Shown piece after piece: positions 10,588 through 20,318 of a stretch of 64,000 nucleotides of DNA. Position 1 is the stretch's first letter. The number at the start of each line of letters is the position of its first letter. A program made the position numbers and the translations under genes. Below the pieces are notes generated by a model. The model was not told where the DNA came from, did not search any database, and was given only the letters and a program-made list of their open reading frames with translations. The DNA comes from an uncultured delta proteobacterium (GTDB lineage: Bacteria > Desulfobacterota > Binatia > UBA9968), in the NCBI GenBank assembly GCA_963728565.1, contig CAVSLC010000023.1:128001-192000 (forward strand). Direction: 5' to 3'.

Positions 10588-10770
10588 ATGCCTGTACCAA
10601 AGAGACGAACTTCGAAACGAGTAAAAAACCAGCGGCGATCGCATGATGGCCTTACTCCGCCGCAATGGAGCACGTGTTCGCAGTGCGGCGAAACCGTCCT
10701 GCCTCATCGCGCTTGCCGTGCCTGCGGATTCTACCGCGGCCGGGCCGTTCTTAAAGTTGACGAGAGTTAG
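10588..10770 (+). CDS. rpmF: 50S ribosomal protein L32
   Basis: [11 protein letters not shown]...CSQCG...[14 protein letters not shown]. Confidence 0.97.
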   Translation: MPVPKRRTSKRVKNQRRSHDGLTPPQWSTCSQCGETVLPHRACRACGFYRGRAVLKVDES

Positions 10771-10784
10771 TACTTCATTCCTCT

Positions 10785-11819
10785 ATGCCGAAAATCGCAG
10801 TCGACGCGATGGGGGGAGATCATGCCCCGGCGGTTATTGTTGAAGGCGCGCTGCTTGCGGCCCAAGACGTCGATGCGGAATTGATTCTTGTCGGGGACAA
10901 ACTCGCCGTTGAACAAGAATGTTTGCGCATCGGCGGCAAGCTCCCCCGTTTTTCGATTATTAACGCCACACAAACCGTATCTATGGACGAGTCCCCCAGC
11001 GTCGCGCTGAGGAAGAGAGATTCGTCGATGAAGGTCGCGTTCGAGATGATCAAGCGCGGCGAGGCGCAAGCCGTGGTCAGCGCCGGAAACTCGGGGGCCA
11101 TGATGGCCATCGGGATGCTGGTCATCGGCACGTTACCTCAAGTCACTCGACCCGCGATTCTAGCCATTGTCCCCGGAACATCTAAGGGAACCATCATCAT
11201 CGATGCCGGAGCCAATGTCGACTGCAAGCCGCGCCAGTTACTACAGTTTGGGATCATCGGCTCGGTGTACGCAGAGCGCGGGTTGGGTATCGTCAATCCC
11301 CGAGTCGGGGTGCTAAGCAACGGCGAAGAAGACAGCAAAGGGAACGAGTTGACCCGAGCGGCCAGCGAGCTTCTTGAGAGCGCGCCGGTAAACTATGTCG
11401 GATACGTCGAAGGCCGAGACTTTTTCAACGGTAAGGTCGATGTCATCGTATGCGATGGCTTTACAGGAAACGTGGCACTGAAGACCATGGAAGGGGTAGC
11501 GAGCTTTGCCGGCGAAATTTTAAAAAGCGGCTTTGAGAAAAGCTGGTTGAGTCGTTTGGGCTATTTGCTGACCCGACAGTCGCTGCGGCATGCCTATCGA
11601 AAGCTTGATTACGCCGAATACGGCGGAGCACGATTGCTGGGATTGGATGGAGTCGCCATTGTCGCCCATGGAGGGTCAACTGCGCTGGCAATAAAAAACG
11701 CCATTCGCGTTGCCAGTGAATCAGTTTCACAGAACGTAAACGGCCACATTAGCGCGGCTTTGGAATCGGCTCAGGCCGCAACTGAAAACAAAACTTTGTT
11801 GACTAAGATGCGGCCTTGA
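10785..11819 (+). CDS. plsX: Phosphate acyltransferase PlsX
   Basis: IAVDAMGGDHAP, VSAGNSGA, DAGANVD, VCDGFTGNVALK. Confidence 0.97.
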   Translation: MPKIAVDAMGGDHAPAVIVEGALLAAQDVDAELILVGDKLAVEQECLRIGGKLPRFSIINATQTVSMDESPSVALRKRDSSMKVAFEMIKRGEAQAVVSAGNSGAMMAIGMLVIGTLPQVTRPAILAIVPGTSKGTIIIDAGANVDCKPRQLLQFGIIGSVYAERGLGIVNPRVGVLSNGEEDSKGNELTRAASELLESAPVNYVGYVEGRDFFNGKVDVIVCDGFTGNVALKTMEGVASFAGEILKSGFEKSWLSRLGYLLTRQSLRHAYRKLDYAEYGGARLLGLDGVAIVAHGGSTALAIKNAIRVASESVSQNVNGHISAALESAQAATENKTLLTKMRP

Positions 11820-11863
11820 TCGAATCATGCATCGGGCCAAGGCCAGAGCGAAAGGGAACTGAA

Positions 11864-12809
11864 GTGGCGATTGCGGACAATGTGGCATTTCTTTTTCCCG
11901 GCCAAGGTTCCCAGTACGTCGGTATGGGCAAAGATTTGTGCGAGCACTATCCAGTTGCCGCGCAAGCTTTTGAAGAGGCCGAACAGACCCTCGGATTCTC
12001 ACTCAGCCAGCTATGTTTTCACGGCCCGGAAGCCGATCTTCAACTCACTGAGAATCACACAGCCGGCCGTTCTATCTGTCTCGGTAGCCGCGCTCCGCGT
12101 TTTGCAATCCGAAACCGCGGTTAAACCGGCTTATGTGGCGGGTCATAGCCTCGGCGAATACAGTGCACTGGTGTGCGTCGGCGCGCTCTCGTTCAGCGAC
12201 GCCCTAAGAGTCGTGCGCGAGCGTGGTCGTTTGATGCAGGCGGCTGTGCCCCTGGGAACGGGCGCCATGGCGGTCATCATAGGTCTCGATGCGGCAGCGG
12301 TCAGCTCTATCTGCAAACAGGCAGAGGACGGGGAAGTGGTCGCGCCTGCAAATTATAACGGCGGCGGTCAAATCGTGATCGCCGGTTCCAAGGCTGCCGT
12401 AGCCCGCGCAATGCTTCTTGCGAAGTCCGACGGCGCAAAGCGTGTTCTCGAGCTGCCGGTCAGCGCGCCATTTCACTGTCCATTGATGAAGCCGGCGGCA
12501 GAAGGATTGAAACGTATTCTGAACGATGTGGCGATTCATCCATTCACGGTCGGGGTTATCAGCAACGTAAACGCCGAGGTGAATCTCGATGCTGCCCGGA
12601 TCAAGTTATTGCTAACAGAGCAAGCGATGAGACCGGTACGTTGGGAAGAGTCCGTCAAGAGATTGGAGAGTCTCGGCATCTCTAGAATGCTTGAAGTCGG
12701 TCCTGGAAGAGTTCTAAAAGGATTGGTGAAGCGGATCAGCCCGAACATACGGGTCGATACGTTCGAAGCACCGAAAGACCTTGCCCGCTTAAGGGATGAC
12801 ATCAAATGA
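11864..12809 (+). CDS. fabD: Malonyl-CoA:ACP transacylase FabD; frameshift near 12056
   Basis: AFLFPGQGSQ in one frame; TQPA, GHSLGEY and VSAPFHC in the next; one extra base at GAG AAT (C) ACA CAG. Confidence 0.93.
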
Positions 12810-13549
12810 AATTGAGCGGGCAAGTAGCTCTGGTGACAGGCGCAAGTCGCGGCATCGGTCGGGCTATCGCCGTGGCTCTCGGTCAAGCGGGAGCATACGT
12901 GATAATTAATTACCGTGGCAATCAAGAGGCTGCTGAGTCGGCGCTCGAAGAGCTTCACGGCGCCGGTGGCCAAGGGGAACTTTGCCGATTCGATGTCGCA
13001 GTGGAAACTGATGTTGAGGCGGCTGTCAAGAAAATCGTTGACGGACAAGGGAAAGTTGATATTCTGGTCAATAATGCCGGGGTGACCTCTGATACTCTTC
13101 TAATTCGCTCAAAGGCCCAAGATTGGGATCAGGTCATAGGGACTAATCTCAGGGGAACGGTTCTCTGTACCAAATCGGTTTGCCGTGCCATGATCCGCCA
13201 GCGTTATGGTAGGATCGTTAATCTTTCTTCGGTGGTTGGACAGACCGGCAACGTCGGACAATCAATCTACGCGGCAACAAAGGCGGGCATCCTCGGGTTT
13301 ACCAAATCAATCGCGCGGGAACTCGCGTCGCGCGGGATCACTGTGAACGCCGTGGCTCCGGGTTTTATTGAAACCGAAATGACCGCGAATTTATCGCCGC
13401 AACTTCAGGAGGAGTTTCTTCGCTCGATTCCCTTGGGCAGGTTTGGCAGGAGCGAGGAAGTGGCGCAAATGGTGGTGTTTCTCACGGGACCGGGAGCAGC
13501 CTATATTACCGGTCAAGTGATGAATGTTAATGGCGGACTTTACATGTAG
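12806..13549 (+). CDS. fabG: 3-oxoacyl-ACP reductase FabG
   Basis: [27 protein letters not shown]. Confidence 0.96.
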   Translation: MKLSGQVALVTGASRGIGRAIAVALGQAGAYVIINYRGNQEAAESALEELHGAGGQGELCRFDVAVETDVEAAVKKIVDGQGKVDILVNNAGVTSDTLLIRSKAQDWDQVIGTNLRGTVLCTKSVCRAMIRQRYGRIVNLSSVVGQTGNVGQSIYAATKAGILGFTKSIARELASRGITVNAVAPGFIETEMTANLSPQLQEEFLRSIPLGRFGRSEEVAQMVVFLTGPGAAYITGQVMNVNGGLYM

Positions 13550-13581
13550 CAAGAATGGCGAATAAGCAGGAGGAAAACAAA

Positions 13582-13818
13582 ATGGCGGCATCTGTGCAGG
13601 CTAGGGTAAAAGAGATCGTGTGTGAACAGTTGGGGGTAAGCGAGGATGAGGTGGTTCCTGAAGCATCTTTCATCGAGGATCTAGGGGCGGATTCGTTGGA
13701 TATTGTCGAATTAGTGATGGCTCTGGAAGAAGAGTACGAGATGGAGATTTCCGACGAGGATGCCGAGAAAATTAAGACTGTGCAGGACGTCATCTCGTAT
13801 ATCGATAATCATCGTTAA
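13582..13818 (+). CDS. acpP: Acyl carrier protein
   Basis: [19 protein letters not shown]; SD AGGAGG upstream. Confidence 0.97.
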   Translation: MAASVQARVKEIVCEQLGVSEDEVVPEASFIEDLGADSLDIVELVMALEEEYEMEISDEDAEKIKTVQDVISYIDNHR

Positions 13819-13962
13819 CTGTTGGTCCATTCAGAATTTCGGCGGCGAGATAATGCATCCCGAGCTGGAGCTTTGACCCATTAGGACTCGGGCTCGCACG
13901 AGGGGTACAACGATTCCTGCAACCTCGCTTTCGCCGGGAGAAGATTCCATCTCGATAATTTC

Positions 13963-14427
13963 ATGATTGCTATGGGTAGTGACCACGGCGGAGTAGAACT
14001 CAAAGATTTCTTAGCCGGCGTGCTCCGTTCAAAAAATATCGAGGTGCAGGACCTCGGCACACATAGCAGTGAATCGGTCGACTATCCCGACTTTGGCCGG
14101 CTGGTGTCGCAGCAAGTCTCAGAAGGAGAGGCGGATCGAGGAATATTAATCTGTACCACCGGGATTGGGATGTCCATCCTAGCCAACAAGTATCCCAATG
14201 TTCGGGCCGCTTTGGTGCAGGATCGTGAAACAGCGCGCACCAGTCGCGAGCACAACGACGCAAATGTTTTAGTTCTCGCCGGAGCTACCACCGAACCTGC
14301 CGTAGCCCGCGAGATTTTGGAGATCTGGATTAACACGCCTTTTGCCGGCGGGCGCCATCAACGACGTCTCGATAAGATAACTGAAATTGAGCGAGATTTA
14401 GTAACACTGAGAAAACACCGGCGGTAG
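13963..14427 (+). CDS. rpiB: Ribose-5-phosphate isomerase B
   Basis: GSDHGG, SVDYPD, ICTTGIGMSI.ANK, REHNDANVL, GGRHQRR. Confidence 0.95.
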   Translation: MIAMGSDHGGVELKDFLAGVLRSKNIEVQDLGTHSSESVDYPDFGRLVSQQVSEGEADRGILICTTGIGMSILANKYPNVRAALVQDRETARTSREHNDANVLVLAGATTEPAVAREILEIWINTPFAGGRHQRRLDKITEIERDLVTLRKHRR

Positions 14428-14446
14428 CAAGCGCGAAGGATCTTGA

Positions 14447-15703
14447 TTGATGTCTTTTCTGCAGCAAACCGACAGCGAAGTTTTTGCCTCGATCCAAAAG
14501 GAAACGAACAGGCTCGAACAGAATTTGGAGCTGATCGCGTCTGAGAACGTCGTCAGCGAAGCGGTGTTGGAAGCTCAGGGCTGCGTGATGACTAACAAGT
14601 ATGCAGAAGGCTATCCAGGCAAGCGCTATTACGGCGGCTGTGAATTTGTCGATGAGGTCGAATCTCTGGCCATAGCCAGGGCCCGAGAGCTCTTCGGCGC
14701 CGATCATGCAAACGTGCAGCCTCATTCCGGCAGCCAAGCTAACATGACCGTCTATCTGTCCGTGCTTAAGCCGGGCGATTGTTATCTCGGGATGAATCTT
14801 GCGCATGGTGGCCATTTATCGATGGGCAGCCCAGTCAATTTTTCCGGCATCCTGTACCGCGTCATCCCCTACGGGGTCTCAGAAAAAACTGAAACCATCG
14901 ACTATGATGAAGTGGCCAAACTCGCGCGCGAACACCGGCCGAAACTGATCATTGCCGGTGCCAGCGCCTATCCGCGAATCATAGACTTTGCTGAATTTCG
15001 TCAAATTGCAGATGAGGCGGGAGCGCTTTTGATGGTAGACATGGCGCATATTGCCGGTTTGGTTGCAGCGGGTGCCCATCCTAGCCCAGTCCCTTATGCC
15101 GATTTTGTTACCACCACGACCCACAAAACTCTAAGAGGCCCTCGCGGAGGAATGGTCTTGTGCCGCGCCGCTCATGCTAAAACAATCGACAGCAAAGTCT
15201 TCCCCGGCATGCAAGGCGGTCCGTTGATGCACGTAATCGCTGCCAAGGCCGTGGCCCTGAAAGAGGCGCTCGATCCAGGGTTCAGGATCTATCAACAGCA
15301 AATTGTAAAGAACGCTCAAGCCCTGGCGAAATCTCTCAGCTCGAACGGCTACCGCCTTACCTCAGGGGGTACCGACAATCATTTGATGCTGGTGGATCTG
15401 CGGAAATCTGAACTGACAGGCAAAGCGGCACAGGAGACTCTCGATCGGGCGCACATTACGGTTAACCGCAACGCGGTGCCATTCGATACGCGGTCCCCGT
15501 TTATCACCAGCGGAATTCGCATCGGTACGCCCGCCGTTACGAGCCGTGGCATGAAGGAGGAGGAAATGGGCCTGATCGGCGATTTGATCGCCAGGGCGCT
15601 CGGCCATGTGGATGATGAAAACATTTTAAGCGAGGTTGCTAAGCAGGTGGCCGCGCTGTGCAGAAAATTTCCAGTTTATCCGCACCGGCTTCCGTCAAAT
15701 TGA
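14447..15703 (+). CDS. glyA: Serine hydroxymethyltransferase
   Basis: [37 protein letters not shown]. Confidence 0.98.
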   Translation: MMSFLQQTDSEVFASIQKETNRLEQNLELIASENVVSEAVLEAQGCVMTNKYAEGYPGKRYYGGCEFVDEVESLAIARARELFGADHANVQPHSGSQANMTVYLSVLKPGDCYLGMNLAHGGHLSMGSPVNFSGILYRVIPYGVSEKTETIDYDEVAKLAREHRPKLIIAGASAYPRIIDFAEFRQIADEAGALLMVDMAHIAGLVAAGAHPSPVPYADFVTTTTHKTLRGPRGGMVLCRAAHAKTIDSKVFPGMQGGPLMHVIAAKAVALKEALDPGFRIYQQQIVKNAQALAKSLSSNGYRLTSGGTDNHLMLVDLRKSELTGKAAQETLDRAHITVNRNAVPFDTRSPFITSGIRIGTPAVTSRGMKEEEMGLIGDLIARALGHVDDENILSEVAKQVAALCRKFPVYPHRLPSN

Positions 15704-15827
15704 CCTGATCGGTATAGTCAACCTACATTAATCCCGCCAACCCCACAGGATTTACTCTGCGGTCCTGCGATAATCTATTGCCTGGTTTACATAAGAACTA
15801 GCTGGCTGTGCTCGAAGGAACAATCGG

Positions 15828-16331
15828 ATGAAATGCCCCTTTTGTCATGAGACCGAGAACCGCGTCATCGATTCACGCTTGAGCAAGGATAGCAATATGA
15901 TCCGGCGCCGGCGCGAGTGCTCCAAGTGCTCGCGCCGATTCACCACCTATGAACGGGTCGAAGAGATGATGCCATTGGTGGTCAAAAAAGATGGACGTCG
16001 GGAAGCTTACGAGAGGATCAAGATAATCAATGGGCTTAAACGGGCCTGTGAGAAGCGACCCGTCAGCATCAATACCATCGAAGCCATTGCCGACCGGATC
16101 GAGCGCAATCTTCAGGAACGCGGGGAAAAAGAAATATTGAGCTCAGTTATCGGCGAGGCGACGATGCGAGAACTTCACGATACCGATGAGGTGGCTTACG
16201 TTCGGTTCGCTTCAGTGTACCGCTCATTCAAAGATATCAACGAGTTCATGGTGGAGTTGGAGGAGCTTCTCAAGGAACGAAAAGAAATATCCGCGGCTCG
16301 AGTAAGCGCTTCGCGACAGAAAAGGAGTTAG
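15828..16331 (+). CDS. nrdR: Transcriptional repressor NrdR
   Basis: MKCPFC...[20 protein letters not shown] cone, [10 protein letters not shown]. Confidence 0.97.
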   Translation: MKCPFCHETENRVIDSRLSKDSNMIRRRRECSKCSRRFTTYERVEEMMPLVVKKDGRREAYERIKIINGLKRACEKRPVSINTIEAIADRIERNLQERGEKEILSSVIGEATMRELHDTDEVAYVRFASVYRSFKDINEFMVELEELLKERKEISAARVSASRQKRS

Positions 16332-16334
16332 CCG

Positions 16335-17437
16335 GTGCGGCTGCGACGCCAACAGCAACTTGATCGCCTCTATATGCGGATGGCCTGCCGCCTTGCTGCG
16401 AAAGCCGCCGGAAGGACCAGCCCCAACCCTATGGTCGGCGCGGTGCTGCTGCGCGATGGGAAAATGATCGCATCCGGTTTTCACCAATTTGCCGGCGGCG
16501 ACCATGCCGAGATCGTTGCGCTTAAAAAGGCCGGCAATAAGGCTAAGGGAGCCACACTCTATATCAATCTTGAACCATGCAATCATTACGGTAGAACACC
16601 GCCATGCACCCGCGCTTTGATCGCTGCAGGTGTCAAGGAAATAGTTGTCGGCATGAAAGACCCTAATCCGTTGGTATCCGGCAAAGGACTGCGGGCGCTC
16701 ATCCGGGTGGGCATCAAAGTTCGCACCGGTGTTCTCGAAGAAGAATGTCGAGCACTGAACGAGGCATTTACCAAGTTCATCACTCGCGGAGTGCCGTTTG
16801 TTGCGCTCAAGCTGGCGGCGTCACTCGACGGAAAGATTGCGACGGCAAGCGGAGATGCCCGTTGGATTAGCTGCGAAGAATCTCGCGCCACCGTGCATCG
16901 CTTGCGCAATAGCTATGATGCGGTGCTGGTGGGAGCGGGCACGGTGATTACCGACAATCCGCAATTGACTTGCCGTATGCCGGGAGGACGAGATCCGTGG
17001 AGGATCATCCTTGATGCGCGTTTACGAATTCCTCTTGACGCCAAGTTTTTGCGCCAGCGCAGCAGCGATAAAAACATCATTGTGACAAGCGATACCGCTC
17101 CCGCGGGTAAGATTCGCGCGCTGGAAAATTTAGGCGCAACGGTTTGGCGGATGCCTGCGCGCGAAGGCGCGGTGCGGTGGCTTCCGCTGCTGAGAAAACT
17201 GGCCAAAACCGGCATTGCCAGCGTGCTTATTGAAGGTGGGGCAACCACCGCTGCCGGCGCTTTGAAGGAGAAGATGGTAGACAAAATGCTGCTTTTCTAC
17301 GCCCCAAAACTTCTGGGTGGCGACGGGCATTATATGATCGACAGCTTGGGAGTCGAACATATCAAGCAATCTGTCATGCTTCAAAATCTGACAATTCAGA
17401 AATCAGGCGCCGACTTGCTGGTTTCAGGATATCTTGA
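16335..17437 (+). CDS. ribD: RibD deaminase/reductase (reads in frame into riboflavin synthase in this sequence)
   Basis: TSPNPMVGAV, HAE, LEPCNHYGRTPPC, KLAASLDG, IEGG; RibD-like end at ...SGYL ~17435. Confidence 0.93.
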
Positions 17438-17486
17438 GACGAGCGGCGCTGATCCGATTGCGCTAAGCTATAGGTTCGCCTGCATC

Positions 17487-18092
17487 ATGTTTACCGGTCT
17501 AATCGAAGATGTCGGACGCGTCGCGAGCTTAGTGCTGAGTAAGCAGTCAGCGGTTTTGACTGTGGAATCAAGTTTGGCGCTTCGGGGGATCCCATTGGGC
17601 GCCAGTATCGCCGTCAACGGCGCATGCTTAACGGTCGTTCAAAAAGACAAAAGGACAGTGGCATTTGACGTTTCGCCGGAGACATTGGAGCGTACCAGTT
17701 TAGGTACCGTCCAACCTGGCACACTGCTCAATCTCGAACGTTCGATGCGGCTCGAGGATCGGCTGGGCGGGCATTTGGTTACCGGCCACATAGACGGCGT
17801 CGGGATTGTGCATTCGGTCGAAAAAAAAGGAGACTTCACGTTTTTTTCCTTCCGGCTTGGGCAACGTTTGGGATCACTGCTGGTTTCCAAGGGGTCGGTT
17901 GCCGTTGATGGCATCAGCTTGACTGTGAACCAATGCAGCGCCCGGAGGTTCAGCGTCGCGATCATCCCATTTACTTTGCAAAACACTAATTTGCGCGCCC
18001 GTAGGGTTGGTGATAAAGTCAATGTCGAAACTGATCTAATCGGCAAGTACGTTCGTCACTTCGTTAACCAACGAACTAAGAATCAGCTTTAA
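17487..18092 (+). CDS. ribE: Riboflavin synthase (alpha chain)
   Basis: MFTGLIE, SIAVNGACLTV, LGGHLVTGHID, KGSVAVDGISLTVN. Confidence 0.95.
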   Translation: MFTGLIEDVGRVASLVLSKQSAVLTVESSLALRGIPLGASIAVNGACLTVVQKDKRTVAFDVSPETLERTSLGTVQPGTLLNLERSMRLEDRLGGHLVTGHIDGVGIVHSVEKKGDFTFFSFRLGQRLGSLLVSKGSVAVDGISLTVNQCSARRFSVAIIPFTLQNTNLRARRVGDKVNVETDLIGKYVRHFVNQRTKNQL

Positions 18093-18117
18093 CGCTCGAC
18101 GCCATTTAGGTACCACC

Positions 18118-19344
18118 ATGCCCATCTCCAGTATCGATGAAGCCCTCGAAGATCTTCGCCAGGGGCGGATGATTATTCTCGTCAATGAGGAGGCTGCCGA
18201 CAGCGACGGGTTTTTTTGCATTCCGGCGGAGAAAGTCAACGCCGAGATCATCAATCAGATGCTGCACCACGGCAGAGGGGTCATTTATCTGGCACTCACC
18301 GAAGAACGAATTCGCCAACTGGGCATTCTGCTGATTCCGCATGAAAGCAGCAACTTCTCCGGGCATCTATTCGGAGCGGCTTTTTCCGCGCGTCTTGAAG
18401 GTGTGCCTGCGGTCTCCGCCAAGGGGCGCGCGCATACGATTCAAGTCGCCGTTGCGGATCAAGCAAAACATGCGGACTTAATCGTTCCGGGACATATCCA
18501 GCCGATCCAAGCGCGCTCCGGGGGAGTACTGGCACGCTCGGGGCGAGCGGAAGCTTCGATCGATTTAGCGCGCTTGTGCGGATTTACCCCTGCAGGGGTG
18601 ATCTGCCACATACTCAACGATGACGGTGCTGTGGCATTGTTGCCGGATCTGGAACAGCTCGCGGAGCGAATGGGAATAAAAGTCGTGGCCGTGACCCGGC
18701 TGATCGCTTATCGCTTGCGCAATGAAAGCTTGGTAAAACGAGCCGCCGAGGAGATCTTTCCGACAATCCATGGCGGCATGTACAAGGCTATCGTTTATCG
18801 AAACGAAGTGGATGCTTCCGAGCATATGGCGCTGGTTAAGGGGGATATCAGCAATCCTGATAGCGTCCTGGTGCGTTTGCATTCGGAATGCTTGACCGGA
18901 GATGTTTTCGGCTCAGAGCGCTGCGACTGTGGCGACCAGATCCGCCAATCGCTCAGGCTCATTGATCAGGCTGGCAAAGGCGTACTCGTTTATATGCATC
19001 AAGAGGGTCGTGGCATAGGTCTCACCAACAAGATTAAAGCATATGCGTTGCAGGATCGGGGCTTTGATACCGTGGAGGCCAATCTGGAACTAGGGTTCAA
19101 AGAAGATCTCCGGGACTATGGGATCGCCGCTCAGATGCTGCGGGATCTGGGGGTGAAAAGCGTTCGCCTGTTGACCAACAACCCGCGAAAAATTTCTGGT
19201 ATCGAAGAGTACGGGGTGAGGGTCAAAGAAAGAGTTCCTCTCGAAGTATCGCCTCGTGACACCAATATTCATTACCTGCGCACTAAGCAAAAAAAACTCG
19301 GCCACTTGCTAACCAATCTGGAAGCGAAACCGGCTAAATCTTGA
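18118..19344 (+). CDS. ribBA: GTP cyclohydrolase II with N-terminal degenerate DHBP-synthase domain (RibBA-like)
   Basis: Intact RibA motifs RLHSECLTGD..GS.RCDCG.Q, QEGRGIGL.NK, LLTNNP; RibB catalytic motifs altered. Confidence 0.9.
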   Translation: MPISSIDEALEDLRQGRMIILVNEEAADSDGFFCIPAEKVNAEIINQMLHHGRGVIYLALTEERIRQLGILLIPHESSNFSGHLFGAAFSARLEGVPAVSAKGRAHTIQVAVADQAKHADLIVPGHIQPIQARSGGVLARSGRAEASIDLARLCGFTPAGVICHILNDDGAVALLPDLEQLAERMGIKVVAVTRLIAYRLRNESLVKRAAEEIFPTIHGGMYKAIVYRNEVDASEHMALVKGDISNPDSVLVRLHSECLTGDVFGSERCDCGDQIRQSLRLIDQAGKGVLVYMHQEGRGIGLTNKIKAYALQDRGFDTVEANLELGFKEDLRDYGIAAQMLRDLGVKSVRLLTNNPRKISGIEEYGVRVKERVPLEVSPRDTNIHYLRTKQKKLGHLLTNLEAKPAKS

Positions 19345-19354
19345 CCTTCCGTTT

Positions 19355-19825
19355 ATGGCCAAAGTCATCGAAGGCACTGTTAGTGCGCGCGGCATGAAAA
19401 TCGGCGTCATTGTCAGCCGATTCAATAATTTTATTACCGTCAAGCTTCTCGAAGGCGCATTGGAAGGTCTGAAGACTCATGGCGGCGCGGATGACGATCT
19501 GACGCTGGTTCATGTGCCGGGAGCGTTTGAAATTCCCATCGTCGCGGCAAGGATGTCAGCCAGCGGAAAATTTGATGCGCTCGTGTGTCTGGGTGCCGTG
19601 ATTCGAGGAGATACGCCGCATTTCGAGTATGTCTGCGATGCTGTAACTCATGGAATTAGCAAGGCCGTTTGGGAATACCACATCCCGATCGGTTTCGGCG
19701 TCCTGACAACCGACAACGTGCAACAGGCAATGGAACGCTCCGGAGTGAAGGATGCGAACAAAGGATATGAAGCCGCTTTAACTGCCATCGAGATGGTAAA
19801 CGTGCTGCGCCAGCTTGCTCGATAA
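19355..19825 (+). CDS. ribH: 6,7-dimethyl-8-ribityllumazine synthase
   Basis: VSRFN, VPGAFEIP, GAVIRGDTPHFEYV. Confidence 0.97.
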   Translation: MAKVIEGTVSARGMKIGVIVSRFNNFITVKLLEGALEGLKTHGGADDDLTLVHVPGAFEIPIVAARMSASGKFDALVCLGAVIRGDTPHFEYVCDAVTHGISKAVWEYHIPIGFGVLTTDNVQQAMERSGVKDANKGYEAALTAIEMVNVLRQLAR

Positions 19826-19897
19826 CCGTATGGATTTGTCGTGGATCGAGGGGACTGGCGTCCGATCGTTCAGAATATCCACAAGATTCTTTTAGTC

Positions 19898-20314
19898 ATG
19901 GGAACTAGGCGCAAAGGCAGGGAGTTGGCCCTCCAGGCTCTCTATCAGATTGAAATTACCGGGGATGCTTCAGCGGCAGCGGTTGATCTCTTCCTCAGTC
20001 ATTTCGAAGGCAGTGCGCCGGCCAAAGAATTCGCGCGCCGTTTAGTATCCGGCGTCGTCAGCCAGCGTCCCGATATCGATCGATTGATCGAGCAGTGCAC
20101 GGAAAACTGGAGGCTCGTGCGCATGGCCAAAGTGGATCTGCTAATTCTCCGGATGGCCGCATACGAATTGATATTCTGTCCGGACATTCCCCTCAATGTC
20201 AGTCTGGATGAAGCTATCGAGATGGGCAAAAGGTTCGGCACCGGCGATTCGGGCTCGTTTATCAACGGCGTGTTGGATCAGCTGGCGCATGCAGAGATTG
20301 CCAAAGCTCACTGA
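19898..20314 (+). CDS. nusB: Transcription antitermination factor NusB
   Basis: [39 protein letters not shown]. Confidence 0.96.
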   Translation: MGTRRKGRELALQALYQIEITGDASAAAVDLFLSHFEGSAPAKEFARRLVSGVVSQRPDIDRLIEQCTENWRLVRMAKVDLLILRMAAYELIFCPDIPLNVSLDEAIEMGKRFGTGDSGSFINGVLDQLAHAEIAKAH

Positions 20315-20318
20315 CAGC

